DNA of 64,000 nt, taken from NCBI RefSeq assembly GCF_030144855.1, contig NC_082721.1, positions 20,956,001-21,020,000 on the forward strand, written 5' to 3'. The position numbers and the translations under genes are program-made. Shown piece after piece: positions 23,204-34,300 of the stretch. Source of the stretch: Hypanus sabinus (lineage: Eukaryota). Position 1 is the first letter of the stretch. The number at the start of each line of letters is the position of its first letter. A model generated the notes under the pieces. It did no database searches and was not told the origin of the DNA. It saw only the letters and a program-made list of their open reading frames with translations.

Positions 23204-24696
23204 CACTGACTGTACAATGAGGGCACCTATCATTGAACTAAATTTCCCTGAGTAAAGGCCATTCTTACTTAATCACTGTTTATTAGACAATCCCTTGATC
23301 CCAACAATTAATTTTGTAAGCCCTTGCTGCATTGGCTTTTATGCATTTCCCTGCAAAACAATGCAGTGAGAGGCTTTCATCACAGACAGCAGTGGCTTAA
23401 GGAAGTGGATTCCCTCTATGCTCTCAAGGCCACATATAGCGATTGCTAAAAATGCTTGTTACACCCACATCTCATAAGTGAGATTTTAAAAATTCTGCAT
23501 GCTGAATGCATCATTATCTACTTTGACTGCATTCAGTTTGGGCATTCATAGTCTGCATTTGACTATGCATTTGAGTCTGCATAGTCTACTTTGACTGCAT
23601 TCAGTTTGGGTTACGGTTTTTCTATGGCATTGTAATTTCTCAATACATTCCCCACCTCTGTAAATTGTTTTCAAGTAGTTGCTATTATAAAATTTGGGAT
23701 AAGGGCCCCTGACCTCAAAAGCTTTCCATCCACGGTTCATCAGTCACCTGTTATTTTCAGAATCATGTCATGATATTGACTAACGGGTACCATGCGTTTA
23801 TTTGGCTTTGTGTCAGAAAATTCTACTTTAATTCCCCATCCACTCCTAATTCACAACTTAAGGGAAAAGTTTCCCAACTACTGGCCATAAAGGGAGCAGT
23901 AAGTCTAGCCCATGTATCCCCTGTGGTTTGAAACCTTCAGCACAGTGAGCAATTTGTCTGGGATTTAAGAAAAAGAAACTACTTTCAAGTCAGTTTTGTT
24001 TGTGTGGACCAAAATACATTAAATACTCCTCCTCTGTACTGGGCTCTACTAATGCGAAAGGATTTCCCTACACTGGCCTATAGTTACTGACATCAACTGC
24101 ACGTAACTCACTAATCCTAATTACGTTATAACTGTGTTACATTTGCTTGACGCCAACCCGCACTGAGGGTGGCTATGTCAATGACCTCAAGGATTGTTTG
24201 TGCCTTAAACTACCGTCATCTGCCCACTCCATCAGATACCTCCTGCCCTGTATGTGGTAGATGTCACGTAGCACAAAACCCGTTGAATTGGAGTGGATTC
24301 GAGAGATTGTGCAGCTGCTGGAAATCCAGAGCAACATACACAGGTTCTATCACTTGACTTATTGTTTACATTTGCCCCTACTGATATCAATATCAATATC
24401 TGAATGCTAACAAATGAAAGTAGACGTTGGCATTGATAGAAAAAAATCCTTTTGCTTTGAAGCTTCAATGATTGTGAGATAATCCTCAACTTCTTACCCA
24501 GTTCACTGTGGGTGAAGATGACTTGCTTCCTCCCCAGTGTTGGCCCAAAATGTCAACTGATCACCCATTTCCATAAATGCTGCCTGGCTTGCTAAGTTCT
24601 TTCAGCACTTTGTGTATGATGGGCGCAGAAAGTCCCCACACATGGAAATATGCCACCAGCCAGGTGGCATGCTTTTATGAGGTTGATTGGGAAGCT

Positions 24697-25810
24697 GGTG
24701 CTTAGTAGTGTAGTGGTTATTGTAATGCTGTTACAGCACTGGGGATCTCGGATCGGTCTGTAAGGAGTCTGCATATTCTACTGTGACCGCATTTCCTCAG
24801 AGTGCTCTGGTTTGCTCCCATGTTCCAAAGACGTACAGGTTAGAGTCGGTGAGTTGTGGGCATGCCATGATGGTGCCAAAGCACGGTGTCCGGAATCCGT
24901 GTTCTGGGTTTTGATCCGGTCCGAGGGCTCCAGACTCCGGGTCCTGCAGTTGTCCCTCCCATCACCCGTGATCTAGTTAGGACCCTCCTGGCTGAAGGAG
25001 GCTCACCTGTGACTCATTGAGCTGCAGGTGTTTATAAGGGGCCTTGGGACTGGGACCAGGCAGGTGGTCATTTTGTTCTGTTTCTCCACCGGCTCCGAAC
25101 TCTTCTCTGCATTCTGTTATCCTGCCCGGAGTCAGATCTACTCCTTATCATCATGCTTCTCTGCCCCGTACCAGTACTGCCAGGTTGGTCCTCTCCCCCA
25201 CCTTTCTTCCCATGCGCTGGTCCCGCTTCTCCACTCGTTTGTTTTGTTCGTGCGGTCGTGCTGACTGCCGGCCGTTCCCGATTTTCCTGTTATGTTGGTC
25301 ACCCTGGACCTATGCCCGTTCCTACACCTTGCCTCCGTTGGGCAGGTCCGGCCGATATGCTGCTGCCCGGCAGGGGTTCTGCCCCGTCCTCCTCTTCTGC
25401 CCGAACCCTGGGGTTGTGCCCTGCAACCGCCTAGGGGTCTGCGTCGTGCCCAGGCCTCCAGTGTTTCCGCCTGGGAGGCGACCCTACCCGGGACATATGC
25501 GGCCCACCCAGGGAAGGCTGTCCGCCAGCCTATCTAGCCACCTAGACCTGCCTGCCTGCCTGAACTCCGGGAGCCCGCTCCGCTCTGCCTGCCTGAACTC
25601 TGGGAACCCGCTCTGCTCACCCTGCCTGAACTTTATCTACCTGAACCCCAGCTCTACCCTTAAATGCCATGGCATCCCCATCCTGTCCTCCCCCTAGTAT
25701 TTCAGTGTCTGCGTCCTGCATTTGGGTCCATCCGGCCGCGTTCCTGACGCACGGCAACACTTGTGTGAAGCCATCAACACAGTTCAATGTCAGTTTCTAC
25801 AAATAAAGTT
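24697..25810 (+). mobile_element. V-domain SINE split by a solo LTR
   Basis: Head and V core at 24697-24886. The tail resumes cacggcaacacttgt...acaaataaag at 25750-25810. Confidence 0.7.
24887..25749 (+). mobile_element. Solo LTR-like element, 863 bp, CpG-rich
   Basis: Termini TGTCCGGAA...TTCCTGACG and 5-bp TSD cacgg (24882-24886, 25750-25754). TATA-like tttataa at 25031. Internal cctgcctgaact tandem repeats at 25550-25650. Confidence 0.8.
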
Positions 25811-26144
25811 ACTTTTTAATTTCTTTAAATAACTACTGCATTTTCTTCAACATCCTGCAACCTTTTCTTCACCATGTTACTGGGCAATCTCTCACATCCT
25901 TGTGAAAGTCTCATTTTGTCAGCTCACCCGCAAACAGCACAGTCAGAAAGTGCAAAGTGTTTCACCACTACACTGCACTGTTTTGTGAACAGGCCTCTGG
26001 AATTGGACATGATCCCACTGTATTCAGAGATGGGAACTCTGCTGACTGACCTGGTTCAATTCCTGGAGATCCCTGCTCAATCTTGGGAGGAGAAGGGAGG
26101 GACATTCCTGGTTTACTGATGGTTTAACCAATTGGTTCCACAGT

Positions 26145-26760
26145 TGTCAAGCCGAGGAGTGGTAGTGGGGACAAGCTCCCACTACCTAAAAGTACGCCTC
26201 ACGGCATGCGCCTCAAATAGCCTCTGACAACCAAGTCCAACTCCTGGCCTTCTCATGTGGCTTAGCCTCTAAGCCCGGCAGAACTGTTTCTACTGACAGG
26301 AGAAGGGGCGAAGGTGGGTCCTGGCACCTTAAATCAGTTCTTTGGGTAGATGGAGTTCGTCAGCCTGGGAAGGCAGTCCACCTAAGAGAGGGGAAACTCC
26401 GATTTCAAACCTCCGCTCCTTGCAGCCATACCCACTCATGGGAAAGGCTTCGGGAGTAAACCCTGAGGACAAATCCGGAGCTGGAGTCCCTAAGGCAGTC
26501 TGACGTTGCCTTCAACCTGGCTCTGGCAACTCCTGCGACGACACCGGTGCCAAGCTATAACAGCCCTTCCCTTGGACAACATTGGTGGCATGGAGAGGGG
26601 AGACTCTCTGCATGGGCAACTGCTAGTATCCATACAACCTTGCCCAGGCCTGCGCCCTGGAGGGGACACTCCAGCATCACCTCACCGTGACAGACGCTGC
26701 TCTACTGACACAAACTGAAGCAAGACTTTCCAGGTCTTGCGAGACTAACGGATGCCTCAC
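26145..26760 (+). mobile_element. Bipartite RTE-derived non-autonomous element
   Basis: 5' module is homologous to the minus-strand copy at 28830-29315. RTE-like end gtcttgcgagactaacggatgcc. Confidence 0.55.
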
Positions 26761-26889
26761 TCTAACCAATTGCCAAGGGTATTCTGGCCTATGGTACAAG
26801 CACATGAACTATAGTTAAATTTCCTGACAGATGTTGCAGAGACATGAGTTTCAATCCTGTTAGAACAAATAAGGAATTTAAATGTATGA

Positions 26890-27200
26890 GGGCATGGTAC
26901 ATAATGGATAGTGCAACACTTTAAGTGCCAGCTGAAAGATCAGGGTTCAAATCCTGCCACCGTCTGTAAGGAGTTTGTATCTTTTCCCCATGACTGCGTG
27001 GACGTCCTCTGGGTGCTCCGGTTTCCTCCCCAATAGCAAAAGCATACGGATTGGATTGGTGATTTGTGGGCATGGTGCATTGAAGCTGGAAGCGTGGAGA
27101 CACGTATGGGCTGCCCAGCACTATCCTCGCTGATTTGATTTGACTCAAATGATGCTTTTCACTACATGTATCAATGTGCATGTGACAAATAGAACTGGTC
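26890..27200 (+). mobile_element. V-domain tRNA-SINE
   Basis: cagggttcaaatcc...ctctgggtgctccggtttcctccc. Confidence 0.75.
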
Positions 27201-28051
27201 TTCAAAAATCATTAAAATGTGAGGAATTAAATGAGGTAAGAGCTTGCATTAGTCATGGTGACCATGAAACTATTGAATTTCCACACAAAAAAAACCCATC
27301 TAGCTTACCAGTGCCCTTAAGGAAAGGACATCTGCATGACCCTAAAAGGGCCTCCAAAGTTACCAGTGTAGCTGGCTGTTAAATTCAGGGCCAATTAGGG
27401 ATGAATAATAAACATTGGCCTTGCCATGAATTCCACAGGTCAGTGAAAAAAATCAGTGATGGCTGGAATTAATTTCTTGATAACAATCATTAAGTCCTAG
27501 CACATGCTATCCATAGCTGAAAAATACTTAATTTACACTCTTCTGTCAAGAAAATATATACAAGTCCTAAAACTAGATATTTAAGATCCCTTCTGTGGGT
27601 TTCAGAGAAGTGTAGTCAAATATTTTTCTTTTCCTTTGTGGAAATGGATAGAAAATAAATTTAAGCCTCAGATCGAAGAGTTAAGGATTTTAGACCGTTG
27701 TAATCATGACTCATCCTGACAATAAAGCCTTCAATCCCACAACCACAGCACCCAAATATTTTCTTTATATCACACCAGTGGATTCGCCCCCACAAACCCA
27801 ATTTCCTCAAGAAGAATTTGGCAGGCACATCACCACATCTGCGTGGCGTCCCAACTCACAGTCTGAACACTTTAGAAATGTGATATCAGGGTTGCCAACA
27901 CGAACAGAGAAATCTGTCCTGTACAGCAGGATCCCAGAAAAACAGGAAATTAGTTGGATTACCAGGTAGAATGTTTTAACGTTCTGACGAAAGATCATGT
28001 TCTACCTCAGGGGACGTGGTAGAATAGTGGTTAGCGCCATATTTTACAGTA

Positions 28052-28330
28052 TGTAACGAGAGCTGTATAACTTATCTCCTTCTACTGTAGGCCACAAACT
28101 TATCAACCACCCCTGCTGTGGACCACCTGGAGGTCCAAGACACTCTCGTAGCATGCATGTGCAGTTCAACTCTTTGAGTGATAATGCAGAAAGTTTGAAG
28201 TTAATAACTCATCTCCGTCTACCTTAGGCTACACCCCTTGGACAGAGGCCCGGGTTCTGTAACTTCTCAATCAGGAGCTTCTACGAAGATGGGATCCGTA
28301 TACTCCATGACCGCTGGAGGCTATGCAGCC
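28052..28330 (+). mobile_element. mariner-like remnant
   Basis: SFYEDGIRILHDRW (28276-28317) matches the mariner C-terminal FYxxGIxxLxxRW motif. A TIR-like aact(t/c)atctcc(t/g)tctac unit occurs twice as a direct repeat. Confidence 0.6.
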
Positions 28331-28829
28331 TAATCCCACCTTCCAAAGTGGGGTCCGACCGCCTACAGTTGATTGCTGTTCAAAGCATGCATTCAAGTAT
28401 TTTCAGGCATTAGGTTCCGGATGCCCAACACCCCTCTGAGTGAAAATATTTTCCTCTTTGTCTGTTTGATTCTTCTACCACTTTAAGCTTTGAGAGAATT
28501 AGATCAACTCTCTTTCCTTTGCCGTAGATCCCTCACTATTATATATCACATTCAAAGTTCAAAGTTTAATCTATTATGATAGCATGTGTATATTACCATA
28601 CATTAGCTTGAGATTCATATACTTGGAGGCATTTACAGAGAAAAAATACAATAGAATTTTACACAAAACTATGGATAAACAGATAAAGACCGTTTCAAGG
28701 CTCCCCTCAGCTTACTCTGCTCCAAAGAAAACAATCACAGGTTTTTAAAAAGCAAACACGAGGAAATCTCACAGGTTTTCCAGCCTTTCCTCTGTTTTAC
28801 AGTTTTTATGTGATGGGCAAGTCCTGTAA

Positions 28830-29315
28830 GTATCCTCTGGACCCTCTCCAATACAATCTCTGAGGCCTCCGCCGGTCAGAGTTGACCATGGATATTGCAT
28901 CCAAGCTGTTGCCCACGTAGCAAGCTCCCCCTCCCCATACATCTGAAGAACCCAAAGGAATGACAGAAACCGATACAGTTTGGTACCAGAAGCGTCACAC
29001 GAGTTGCTCGTCAGCACTGAACTCAATGTAGGACTGCCTCAGGGACTCCAGCTCCAGAATTTTCCCTTAGGGTTTACTCCCGAATCCTTCCCCATGAGTG
29101 GGTATAGCCACAAGGCAGCGGAGGCTTGAGATCAGAGTTTTCCTTCTCCTAGGTGAGCTGTCAACCATGGCTGATGACCCCCATCTGTCTGAAGCAACTG
29201 GTTTTAAGCCACCATTGCCCCGTATCCTGTCAGAAATGGTTCCGCCAGGCTTAGTAGCTAAGCCACATGTGAAGGCCCGGAGCTGGAGCTGGTTGTCAGA
29301 GGCTCTCTGAGGCTA
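28830..29315 (-). mobile_element. Bipartite RTE-derived element (same 5' module as 26145, different 3' end)
   Basis: Reverse complement gcctctgacaacc...gccttcacatgtggcttagctactaagcc...cccactcatgggaagg..ttcgggagtaaaccct is shared with 26220-26470. Confidence 0.55.
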
Positions 29316-29959
29316 TACAATCATGCCTTTTCTATAATACAATGGACCAAATTCTAGACAGTACTAAATCTGTGTCAAACAAATGTTATATGCAGTAGTA
29401 GAATAGGTTCCCCACTCTGATATTCCATGTGCTGGCTGATAAAGCCTTCCTTATGACTTTTTAACCTTCTCATTTGAAGGATCTGGGGAAGTGCAGTCCA
29501 ATGACCTCCATCACACCTCTCCAGTCTAGTATTTTGCTGCAGAGTGCTGATTAGTCATAGTCCTGTTGGCTCTGGAGACAAGTGCTCATAAGTATTGTAC
29601 ATACCCTAGCTCTCTGGACATTAAAAACGAAACATGCTTAGACTGCCTGCTGCTGAATTGGGAAACTGGCCTGCTGGCCTGGGCACCAGACCTCACCAGC
29701 TGTTGCGTACCTTCGTGCCAGGAACCTGGCATAAGCAAAGAGGGACGGAGACAGCAACTTCCGTCACAGAGAGCATAGAACTTAGAAATCTACAGCACAT
29801 TTCAGGCCCTTCGGCCCACAATGTCATGCTTACCATGTCACATCCAAGATAGCCTCTTAATTTCAAACACAGGCATGATTCATGATTAAAACAAATATAT
29901 ACAAAAGAAGCAGGGAAAAAAAAGGCCTCTATATTCTGAAGGGAAAAAGAAGCACAAAC

Positions 29960-30390
29960 ATGGCGCCATTACCACTCCTGTGGCTCTCTGATTGTCTGAG
30001 GAGCTTTCGGTAGCAGAAGGTGTCTAGACTGGTCCTTCCCTGCACAGACTTAGCGTTGGCTGCACTGAGCTTCAGTGCCCTTCAGCAGATACTCCTGCAG
30101 CCCAGTGGACTGAGCCAGTCCGCAGCTTCCCCTCCACGTCCAAGAGGTGGTAAGAGGGATGGTAGGATCCAGGCGGTCCGTCAATGCGTGAAGCAACTGC
30201 TGCTGACGTGCATCCCTGAGCCCAACGCCACAGTGCCGAGTGGGCACCCAGTTCACTATGATCCACCCAACACAGGCTCTCACAAAACACCCTCTCCACA
30301 CTGAGCCATGGGTGATTCATGGCTGTGGGAACACTAGAAGAGTCTGGGCAGGAAAAGGGTTCATGTCAGGTTCTCCATACAACAATGAAG
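29960..30390 (-). mobile_element. L1/Tx1-like LINE remnant
   Basis: CGLAQSTGLQEYLLK and PSYHLLDVE resemble Tx1-type ORF2 C-terminal motifs recalled from sharks. Confidence 0.4.
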
Positions 30391-30499
30391 TCATCTCTCT
30401 ATATATAATACTAAAATTAACACTGTCTATGCCTGTTCTCTTTCTTGTAGACACTGAGTGCTAAGCAAGATGCCAGTACATTGCGAAAGACAATGCTTC

Positions 30500-30850
30500 A
30501 CACTACTTCTGTTTAAATTTAATTTGCCACTCTCCTGGTCAACAGCTTATTAACATCTTCCTGCAGCCTGAAGTTTTCCTCCTCACTATTTTCCACAGAG
30601 CCAGCTTTTCTGTCATCTGCAATTTTTCTCCCAATGATACACCCTGAATTTAGATCTAAAAACACAAACATATTCTGTATAATACAGATAGCAAAGGACC
30701 TGTGGAAACCCATTCATCACAGCCTATCAGTCACTCAAATCTTACCCAGTGCATGCCGGCACTGGATCTGACTCGCCACTCTCCTTTAGATCCCTTAGGC
30801 TCCTATGTTTTTGACCATCCAGCCTTCTGAGACCTTGTCAAAGCTTCCCC
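30500..30850 (-). mobile_element. CR1 RT remnant
   Basis: Minus strand KIADDRKAGSVENSEEENFRLQED; tttgacaagg (FDK). Confidence 0.65.
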
Positions 30851-32428
30851 CTGAAAGGGAAGTGAATAAATATCTGACATTGGTTCTGCAGCTGTTTTCC
30901 ATTTGACGCCAGCAAGCCAACATCTTCATCTAGAATGGAAATGAAACACATTTTCAGGTATTTCCTTCACTGCCCCTTCTTCCCTTCTGCGTCTTCTGTT
31001 GAACACACTGTTAGAGTTGAGATTGTCCCCAAAGCCATCACCTCTCCCTTCACAATGACAACACAAACAACATAGTTTCTGCATTTGCGGAGAACCTGAG
31101 ATCTCATACACAAGCACGATGACTGGACATCTAAATTCGAATTAAAATGCTAGCACTAGCAACGTTGACCATGAACTTATGCAATTGCCATTAAAATTTT
31201 ATGAGCATTCTTCAGAGAAGGGAATCATTGTGAGTCACAGCTTCCTCCCCTTTTTTTATCACAGGGATCTGTGGTGGATTTGAAGTATAGTAGCACAGAT
31301 GGAAGAAGTTGCACTTATTCTGCACCGTTCCCACCCCCAGGATGCTTCAAAGTTCATTGGAGCCAGATAAAACAAATTTAAGGTACAGGCATCATATATT
31401 TAGCATGTGGCCTATTAACAGCATTGTGATAATTATTAATTGCTCGCAATTTTAATAAAGGATAAACTAGGGCACACTCTCTTCAGACCACCAGACTTCC
31501 CAGTTTTCTTCAGAACTGATCAGTTCCAGTTAGTGTTAACTCAGCTTGCCTCTCTTCAGACCTGCCTGACTTGCTGGGTACTTCCAATATTCCCTTTAAT
31601 TTCAGTTTGCCAGCCTCTGCTGAGATCTGTGCTTCATTGTCCCAGCCCTCTTCTCTCTTTCTCTTCAGTCCTAACTCATCTTCCATTTATCTCCTCTCAG
31701 GAACGCTCGCCTACACCATTCCCTTTCAGCGGGCTCGGACATAAATTGTGTCATTCAGTCTCTCATTTTCACCAAGATGTAGACAACTGCTTTGTTCCTT
31801 CCTTCTTATTCCTTCAGTTCAGTGAAAAACATGCTGAACTTATAACCTTAACCAGGTCTGATGAAAAATCATTTAGCTGAAACCTTGACTCCATTTCTCA
31901 CTCTTACTTCCAGTACAATTTTAGCATCACCTGTTTTAATTTTTGGACCATAAGATAAGATTAGAATAAATGTGAAGGACAAATCTAAAAGCTCTATGCC
32001 TGAAAGGATGTACCATTCAAAGGAGAATAGATGAATCAAGGTTCAAGGTTCAAGACACATTTATTATTACAGTGTTATGCAGTATACAACCCTGAAATTT
32101 GTCTCCCCCAGACAGCCATGAAACAAAGAAAGCCAAGGAAGCCCTTCAAAGAAAAGCATTAATGCTCAAAATAACAATGAACCAAAAAGACCACGCAAAT
32201 GGCAACAAGAGCATCAAACATCAACCGGGGGCAATGAACTGATGGTGGGAATGGCAACAAGAACATCAACTCCCCCCCACCACTATTTGCAAAAATAAAA
32301 AAATAAATAATTGTATGAGCGCTTGTGTCAAGAGCACAAAAAGAAGGATTAGCTTTATTTGTCACATGTATATTGAAACATATAGCGAAATGCTTTGTTT
32401 TGCATTAAATGAAGGTACTGAGGAATGT

Positions 32429-32654
32429 CAAACAACAACACACACAAAATGCTGGTGGAACACAGCAGGCCAGGCAGCATCTATAGGGAGAAGCACTGTC
32501 GACGTTTCGGGCCGAGACCCTTCGTCAGGACTAACCGAAAGGAAAGATAGTAAGAGATTTGAAAGTAGTGGGGGGAGGGGGAAATGTGAAATGATAAGAG
32601 AAGACCAGAGAGGGTGGGATAAATCTAAGAGCTGGAAAGGTGATTGGCGAGGGA
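32429..32654 (-). mobile_element. Young PLE 3'/terminal segment inserted in a V-SINE
   Basis: Near-identical reverse complement of 39415-39630. 12-bp TSD actgag[g/c]aatgt at 32417-32428 and 32655-32666. Confidence 0.88.
32496..32535 (-). ncRNA. Minimal type-I hammerhead ribozyme (PLE-type), intact core
   Basis: GTC-CTGACGA-A-GGGT(CTCG)GCCC-GAAA-CG-TC^GAC: conserved boxes, stem II, 3-bp stem I and a GUC cleavage triplet. Confidence 0.85.
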
Positions 32655-32879
32655 ACTGAGCAATGTGCTGGACAGGCTGCAAGTGTCACCACACGTTCAA
32701 CCACAACAAGTCATGCCCACAGTCCACTAATCCTAACCATATGACTTTGGAATGTGGGAGGAAACCCAAATGGTCATGGGTGGTGTGTACAAACTCCTTA
32801 CAGACAGCGGCAGGAATTGAACCCCAGTTTTACACTTTGTGCTGTAACGCTGCATTACCTCAGCACCCACAGGAAATAA

Positions 32880-33250
32880 ATGTTATCTGATAGCCAATAC
32901 AGACAACAATGATTGGGTCCGAAATATTGAAGGGTACGTGATATTTAAGAAGAACAGAAAGCAAGGAGAAGATAGAGGAGTGTTTCTGTCAGTTAATGAT
33001 AGTCATAGCAAAATAGAAAAGAATGACCCAAGTTCAGGAAACCCAGATAGAGAAGCTGTTTGGGTGGAGATAAGAAATATTAAGGGCAAGAAGGCACTTG
33101 AAGTATGTACAGCCCCCTAACAGTAACTACACCATAGGACAGAGTACAAATGGAGAGCAATTAGAGCTTGTCACAATAGCAAGGTGATAACCATGAGGAT
33201 CTTAAGTGACAAAAGACTGGAAAAAAGAGATGGACAGAGGTATCCTAAAT
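32880..33250 (+). mobile_element. CR1 APE-domain remnant
   Basis: IEGYVIFKKNRKQGEDRGVFL...EAVWVEIRNIKGKK. Confidence 0.75.
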
Positions 33251-33729
33251 GAGACATACACTCTTCTCCTCTTATCCTTCAAGCAGAAGATAAAAAAAGC
33301 CTGAAGGCACATACCACTAGGCCAAAGGACAGCTTCTACCACACTGTTTTAAGACTATTAAATAGTTCCCCAGCACATTAAGCTGGTCTCTTGACCTCAC
33401 AGTCTACCTTGCTGAGACCTTGCACCTTATTGTTTACTTGCATGTACTTTCTCTGCAACTGTCGCACTTTATTCTGCATTGTCATCTTCTTACCTTCTAA
33501 CTCAATGCATTCACTCTTTTCCATAGATGCTGCCTGGCCTGCTGAGTTCCTCCGGCGTTTTGTTTATGCTGCATTGTTTAAAGATCTGATTAGTATGAAC
33601 AGAAGCAAGATAAACTTGTCACTCTATTCTGGTACATGAGACAATAACATACTAATTCCAGGTCCAGTTCCATTGAGAAGCTTCCTCGCTACCTCTCTAG
33701 AGGTGAAGGGTACCTCCAAGCCTTGTGTA

Positions 33730-34300
33730 TGAAAACCTTTGAAAGTGGATGTGGAAAGAATGTTTTCTAGGTGGGGGAGTCCAAGACTAGAGGACACAGC
33801 CTCAGAATAGAGAGACATCCATTTCTATTGGAGCTAAGGAGGAATTCTTTAGCCAGAGAGTGGTGAGCCTGTGGACTTCCTTGCACAGGCAGCTGTGGAG
33901 GTTGAATCATTGGGTATATGTAAAGTAGAGGTTGACAGGTTGATTAGTCATGGCCTGAAGGTTATGGGGAGGGAAGTGGATAATGAAATGTGGAGCAGAC
34001 TCAATGGGCCAAATGGCCTAATTCTGATCCTATATCTTATGCTCTGTCGAGGTACCTGTCCAGGTATTTTTTAAATGTTAATGAACCTGCCTCAACCTCT
34101 TTCTCTGGCAGTTCATTCCATATATAAGCCACATTCTGGCTGAAATTGTTGTCCCTCAGGCTCCACTAATCTTGATTCCCCAACCTGGCAAAAGTACAGT
34201 GTACATCCACCTTATCTAAACCCCTCATGATTTTACACACCTCAATAAGATCATCCCTCATTCTCCTGCACTCTAATGAATACGGTATTCTGAGCCTTTT
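33730..34300. mobile_element. Two CR1 3' ends, tail-to-tail (+ 33730-34045, - 34048-34300)
   Basis: ctttagccagagagtggtg plus the tail aatggcctaattctg; YSLECRRMRDDLIEVCKIMRGLDKVD on minus. Confidence 0.8.

Noticed and set aside
22749-23255. Five ORFs spanning the N run
   Set aside because: Artefacts of the assembly gap.
25044-25697. 217-aa ORF and overlapping ORFs
   Set aside because: Lie inside a GC-rich solo LTR; Pro/Cys/Arg-rich with no domain, as expected by chance.
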